From Eledone cirrhosa (taxonomy: Eukaryota), in the NCBI GenBank assembly GCA_964016885.1, contig OZ024740.1, positions 250,604,001 to 250,668,000 on the forward strand: DNA of 64,000 nucleotides. The letters are read 5' to 3'. Below are positions 57,956 to 64,000 of the stretch, piece by piece. How positions within the stretch are numbered: position 1 is the first letter of the stretch; every line of letters starts with the position of its first letter. The translations under genes were made by a program, and so were the position numbers. A model generated the notes under the pieces. The model was given only the letters and a program-made list of their open reading frames with translations, made no database searches and was not told the DNA's origin.

Positions 57956-59023
57956 ATAATAATAAATTTGAAGACTAAAATCCAAAGAGGGCTCGATAAG
58001 GATAAATATATATCAAATATATAAGAACCGTAGAGCAAATATTTATTCAATAACAGATTAAAGTTTAAGCAAAGAATCGCTGCTTTCACCTTCTGAAACT
58101 AACAAAGTCAATCTGTAAACGCAGAACTGGATATTTCAAAAAACGTTGCAACCGGAGGAAGACAGGAAGACGATACTTTGGTTCGTGGAAACGTTCGCTG
58201 GCAAGGAACGGGAAAAAACGAATATAATACGTCATTAATAGGAGCGGTGTAAAACAATTACGCGCAAAGGCAGAACCACGTTTATGGTATAAAAGAGGTC
58301 GTAGATTAATGTTCTCTTAGGTGGTGCATAGAGACGTTCTCTGGCAATGAACGAAAAAACGATGATAATACGTCATATGTGGAGCGTGGAGAACAATAGC
58401 ACGCAAAGACAAAACCACGTAAATGGTATAGCAGAAGTCATAGACTAAAATTCTAACAAGGAGACCAAATGAATCTCCGCTACAGAGTTAAGAACAAAGT
58501 AAATAAATACAATACAGAAGTAATAGAAATAAATAAATACATACACGCAAACAAATACGTACATACACGAGCATACGCAAAAACTTACCATAGGTATACA
58601 AAACCCCGCACATATAAATATGTGTGTGTGTATGCGTGTATACAAATAAATAATTATATAAACGTATATAAATAAATAAATACGTATATAACAAGCGCAC
58701 ACACATACCTTCATATAAACACACGAATGTTCGGAGACGTAAGTCAACCAAAACATGAAATACACATATACACACACCCGCCATACGTACGAACCTGCAT
58801 ACTCACACAGACGCAAAACTCCCGTATACACATAGCCAAACCATATGTACCAGAATATATAAAATTATACGCCATACCAATCAAATATACGTACGAGAAG
58901 GTATACGTACCTTCACAAAACATACGGGTAATATATACTTACCTATGCAAATAAGTAAAGGTATAAACAAAACATATACTTAGCTCCCACATCGAGACGT
59001 AAAATATCCACGTATAGATCGTA

Positions 59024-61153
59024 CTATCCGTTAGGGTATAACGTGGGGCTGTAATACAGGAAAGTTTTGTGCAATTTATGTTTACAAGCCGAAATTGCCT
59101 CAGATTTTTTGTTTAAGATGTGGTCTGTGGCGTAGAGTATTTCCAGGGCCTCAGCGGCGCAGAGGTCACATGGTCTTTTATTTCCGTTATACGATCTAGC
59201 CCTAGCTAGGATCTCCCAGTGTAACTTATATTGGGTGTGGTTGTCTTTTAGACTCCAGATATAAGCTGAAAGTGACGTCATATTCCTTCTAAGAGGGTAA
59301 CGAAAAGAATGGGTATGCATGTAAAGACGCTGCTTGAAACTATTGGCGGTTAACCCTATGTAGGCCCTACGGGACGTGGGTGTTACAACCTTACATTTGT
59401 AGACAATGTTACTAGAGAGGCATTTCCTGGATAGGGGGCAATCAGCCCGATTCCTGCAATTACAGTTAGTACTAACTACAGGGTTGCACGTGTTCCTACG
59501 GCTAGGTAGTTTAGCTAAATTTGAAGCTGTGGTGTTATGTGCAAGGTTAGGAGTCGTAGAGTAAGAAATTTTAATAGTATTTCTATTAAAAATTTTACTA
59601 TATTTATGTGTAGGGGGAAAATACTTCGTAATAAGGGAAAGAAAGATCTTAGTTAATGGTGTGGCCACCTCCATATTATATGGTGGGTTATACCAACAAA
59701 TGCGACGGGGTCTATTACTTCTAGGTCTATTTTCGTACTCTGTATATGCTACCTTATCGACAAATCCACTTCGAGCAAGAGCTTCATTGTAATAAGTGGA
59801 ATGGTCGTTGAAAATACGTTCGTTGGTGGAAAGACGGGAAAGCCTCAACGAAACGTTTCTTACCAGGTTCTTGGTTATGCTGGCAGGATGGTTGGAATGC
59901 TTACTTATGTAATTAAGCGTATCATTCGGCTTTCTATACGGGTAATACAACCCATTCAATAAATTGAGAGTAACGTCGAGGTAATTAACGACCGAGAGAT
60001 TGGCCTCAACCTGTATAGAGAGGTTGAAGCCTTTAAAGAAGTCTGTGAGTCCTTTTCTGAACCTGTCGCAAGCACGAGGTCCGCACTTAGTCATGGTCAA
60101 AAGACCATCGTTACGGTACAAACCACCGCCCGCGTTGGGGAATTCGTCCTTGAGAGAGAAAAAAAGGAAAAGGCCAATAAGACCAGTAACCTCCGCAGAA
60201 TCACTGGCGCCCTTACTCACGTCGAATGGGGTACTATTGGATTTTTTAATCAAAATAGAGTCGTCGAAATTAATCACCGACTTTCGGGCATTGAGGATGA
60301 CATCAACTTCGAAATCCTTAACCACTGTGAGTGTTTTAGCGAAATAGATAGCTCTAAGGAGGAGTGGTAAAGTGATGGAGGAGTAGTAATTGTTGATGTC
60401 GAATTGAATAAAACGGCAATGTTCCTTGTTACATATGCCGTTGAATCAATCAATCACCGCGAAAGAATTGTTCCACAGTGCAAGAGGGGCCAAACTTCTA
60501 ATTTCAGGTGTAATTCTATCAAGAATCGTTTTACGAAGTCTACCTAAATCGGACTTCGTAGGGTTAATAAGCCGAATAGAGGGGTTGTTCGGAAAATTGG
60601 ATTTGTGATCCTTCAGGGTAAAGTGGGGAGAAATAGGGTCCAGAGGTTAGGTCCGGTCCAGGATGTTGAGATCAGATGTGATTTTAAACTCAGCATCGTT
60701 GATTTCATTGATGACGCACCGATTAGTTTTACGGTAATCCTTGGTTACAGCATTATGTAGTAGTTGATGGTAAGTACTGCGCTCCACTTGATATAGGTTT
60801 CCAGTTTTGTCGGAATGGACGTGCACGGCATTAGAATCCTTAATAGAACAAATTCTATTCTTCAGGTCTTGCTGGAAGGAATTGCTCCTATTCCGAAATT
60901 TAATACTCCGAATGAGTTCCAAGACATCATTTTTGAAGGGTAGCTATGCTGGGTTCCACAGGGGGTTATTATAGATTTTAAATCCAAATTTATCCTGTTT
61001 GTTGTCTGCTTTTCGCGGATTATCAAAATAAAAGGGACGCCAACGCAACCTTTTAATGAACGCGTCTGTTTTCTGTATCAGGAGTTTTAGGTATGTTTTC
61101 CTGCTTGGTACGGGTATGTTCTTTGTAGAAATATTCAGATGTTGTTTCTGCAT
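59024..61153 (-). pseudogene. PLE RT-GIY-YIG polyprotein (about 710 codons), disrupted
   Basis: Fragments 61153-60944, 60922-60647 and 60325-59024; stop codons/frameshifts; catalytic YRDD reads YRND. Confidence 0.9.
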
Positions 61154-61734
61154 GATGAATATAAGTCAGTAGAGTGCTCAACCGAGGGAGCCAAATAGTA
61201 ATAATAATAAATTTGAAGATTAAAATCCAAAGAGGGCTCGATAAGGATAAATATATATCAAATATATAAGAACCGTAGAGCAAATATTTATTCAATAACA
61301 GATTAAAGTTTAAGCAAAGAATCGCTGCTTTCACCCTTAACGGGATCTTCTGAAACTAACAAAGTCAATCTGTAAACGCAGAACTGGATATTTCAAAAAA
61401 CGTTGCAACCGGAGGAAGACAGGAAGACGATATTTGGGTTCGTGGAAACGTTCGCTGGCAAAGAACGGGAAAAAACGAATATAATACGTCATTAATAGGA
61501 GCGGTGAAAAACAATTACGCGCAAAGGCAGAACCACGTTTATGGTATAAAAGAGGTCGTAGACTAATGTTCTCTTAGGTGGTGCATAGAGACGTTCTCTG
61601 GCAATGAACGAAAAAACGAAGATAATACGTCATATGTGGAGCGTGGAGAACAATAGCACGCAAAGACAAAACCACGTAAATGGTATAGCAGAAGTCATAG
61701 ACTAAAATTCTAACAAGGAGACCAAGTACCTTGA

Positions 61735-62819
61735 CGATGGTCTTTTGACCATGACTAAGTGCGTACCTCGTGCTTGCGACAGTTTCAGAAAAGGACTCAC
61801 AGCCTTCTTTAAAGGCTTCAACCTCTCTATACAGGTTGAGGCCAATCTCTCGGTCGTTAATTACCCCGACGTTACCCTCAATTTATTGAATGGGTTGTAT
61901 TACCCGTATAGAAAGCCGAATGATACGCTTAATTACATAAGTAAGCATTCCAACCATCCTGCCAGCATAACCAAGAACCTGGTAAGAAACGTTTCGTTGA
62001 GGCTTTCCCGTCTTTCCACCAACGAACGTATTTTCAACGACCATTCCACTTATTACAATGAAGCTCTTGCTCGAAGTGGATTTGTCGATAAGGTAGCATA
62101 TACAGAGTACGAAAATAGACCTAGAAGTAATAGACCCCGTCGCATTTGTTGGTATAACCCACCATATAATATGGAGGTGGCCACACCATTAGCTAAGATC
62201 TTTCTTTCCCTTATTACGAAGTATTTCCCCCTACACATAAATATAGTAAAATTTTTATAGAAATACTATTAAAATTTCTTACTCTACGACTCCTAACCTT
62301 GCACATAACATCACAGCTTCAAATTTAGCTAAACTACCTAGCCGTAGGAACACGTGCAACCCTGTAGTTAGTACTAACTGTAATTGCAGGAATCGGGCTG
62401 ATTGCCCCCTATCCGGGAAATGCCTCTCTAGTAACATTGTCTACAAATGTAAGGTTGTAACACCCACGTCCCGTAGGGCCTACATAGGGTTAACCGCCAA
62501 TAGTTTCAAGCAGCGTCTTTACATGCATACCCATTCTTTTCGTTACCCTCTTAGAAGGAATATGACGTCACTTTCAGCTTATATCTGGAGTCTAAAAGAC
62601 AACCACACCCAATATAAGTTACACTGGGAGATCCTAGCTAGGGCTAGATCGTATAACGGAAATAAAAGACCATGTGACCTCTGCGCCGCTGAGGCCCTGG
62701 AAATACTCTACGCCACAGACCACATCTTAAACAAAAAATCTGAGGCAATTTCGGCTTGTAAACATAAATTGCACAAAACTTTCCTGTATTACAGCCCCAC
62801 GTTATACCCTAACGGATAG
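61735..62819 (+). pseudogene. Inverted truncated copy of the PLE ORF C-terminus
   Basis: ORFs 61745-62260 and 62523-62819 match the 59024-60325 protein; frameshift near 62230. Confidence 0.9.
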
Positions 62820-63798
62820 TACGATCTATACGTGGATATTTTACGTCTCGATGTGGGAGCTAAGTATATGTTTTGTTTATACCTTTACTTATTTGCATAG
62901 GTAAGTATATATTACCCGTATGTTTTGTGAAGGTACGTATACCTTCTCGTACGTATATTTGATTGGTATGGCGTATAATTTTATATATTCTGGTACATAT
63001 GGTTTGGCTATGTGTATACGGGAGTTTTGCGTCTGTGTGAGTATGCAGGTTCGTACGTATGGCGGGTGTGTGTATATGTGCACTTCATGTTTTGGTTGAC
63101 TTATGTCTCCGAACATTCGTGTGTTTATATGAAGGTATGTGTGTGCTTGTTATATACGTATTTATTTATTTATATACGTTTATATAATTATTTATTTATT
63201 TGTATACACGCATACACACACACATATTTATATGTGCGGGGTTTTGTATACCTATGGTAAGTTTTTGCGTATGCTCGTGTATGTACGTATTTGTTTGCGT
63301 GTATGTATTTATTTATTTCTATTACTTCTGTATTGTATTTATTTACTTTGTTCTTAACTCTGTAGCGGAGATTCATTTGGTCTCCTTGTTAGAATTTTAG
63401 TCTATGACTTCTGCTATACCATTTACGTGGTTTTGTCTTTGCGTGCTATTGTTCTCCACGCTCCACATATGACGTATTATCATCGTTTTTTCGATCATTG
63501 CCAGAGAACGTCTCTATGCACCACCTAAGAGAACATTAATCTACGACCTCTTTTATACCATAAACGTGGTTCTGCCTTTGCGCGTAATTGTTTTTCACCG
63601 CTCCTATTAATGACGTATTATATTCGTGTTTTCCCGTTCCTTGCCAGCGAACGTTTCCACGAACCAAAGTATCGTCTTCCTGTCTTCCCCCGGTTGCAAC
63701 GGTTTTTGAAATATCCAGTTCTGCGTTTACAGATTGACTTTGTTAGTTTCAGAAGGTGAAAGCAGCGATTCTTTGCTTAAACTTTAATCTGTTATTTA

Positions 63799-63862
<64 letters not shown>

Positions 63863-64000
63863 ATACTTGGGGAGGGTCATATTTGTGTAATATTGCCAGA
63901 ATTAAAAAAACCTCGCAAATATATATATATATATATGTACAAAGTGTTAATATTAGGTTATATATGATATGATTCCATATATGATATGATATGTTTATAC

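Larger units (their letters stand above)
57952..63805 (-). mobile_element. Near full-length Penelope-like element: 3' pLTR/UTR (57952-59023), ORF (61153-59024), 5' pLTR (61196-61725), then an inverted 5'-truncated copy (61730-63805)
   Basis: Direct repeat 57952-58470 versus 61196-61725; 61735-63805 is the reverse complement of ~58045-60110; (TA)n flanks. Confidence 0.92.

Overview
AT-rich eukaryotic (animal) repeat region with long (TA)n/(CA)n microsatellites. The repeat content resembles cephalopod (octopus-like) DNA, which is an inference. I can support no host protein-coding gene; most listed ORFs are microsatellite or antisense artefacts. The window is a nest of retroelements: two R4/Dong-like RLE non-LTR copies (one flanked by (TAA)n), about ten Penelope-like element (PLE; RT plus C-terminal GIY-YIG) copies or fragments from several families, tRNA-derived SINEs, two non-autonomous Helitrons and a Chapaev-like transposase remnant. 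The main hidden signal is RNA. Reading by eye I find about 30 type-I hammerhead ribozyme (HHR) motifs on both strands. They include (i) two divergent but apparently homologous families of 481-bp and 483-bp non-coding tandem repeats with one HHR per unit (retrozyme/circRNA-like), (ii) HHRs with a compensatory U3-A8 core in place of C3-G8, (iii) HHRs whose stem III is a (TA)n palindrome, and (iv) many short fold-back inserts with a sense and an antisense HHR embedded in (TA)n tracts. All RNA structures were assigned by eye and need covariance-model and cleavage confirmation. Element boundaries are approximate.
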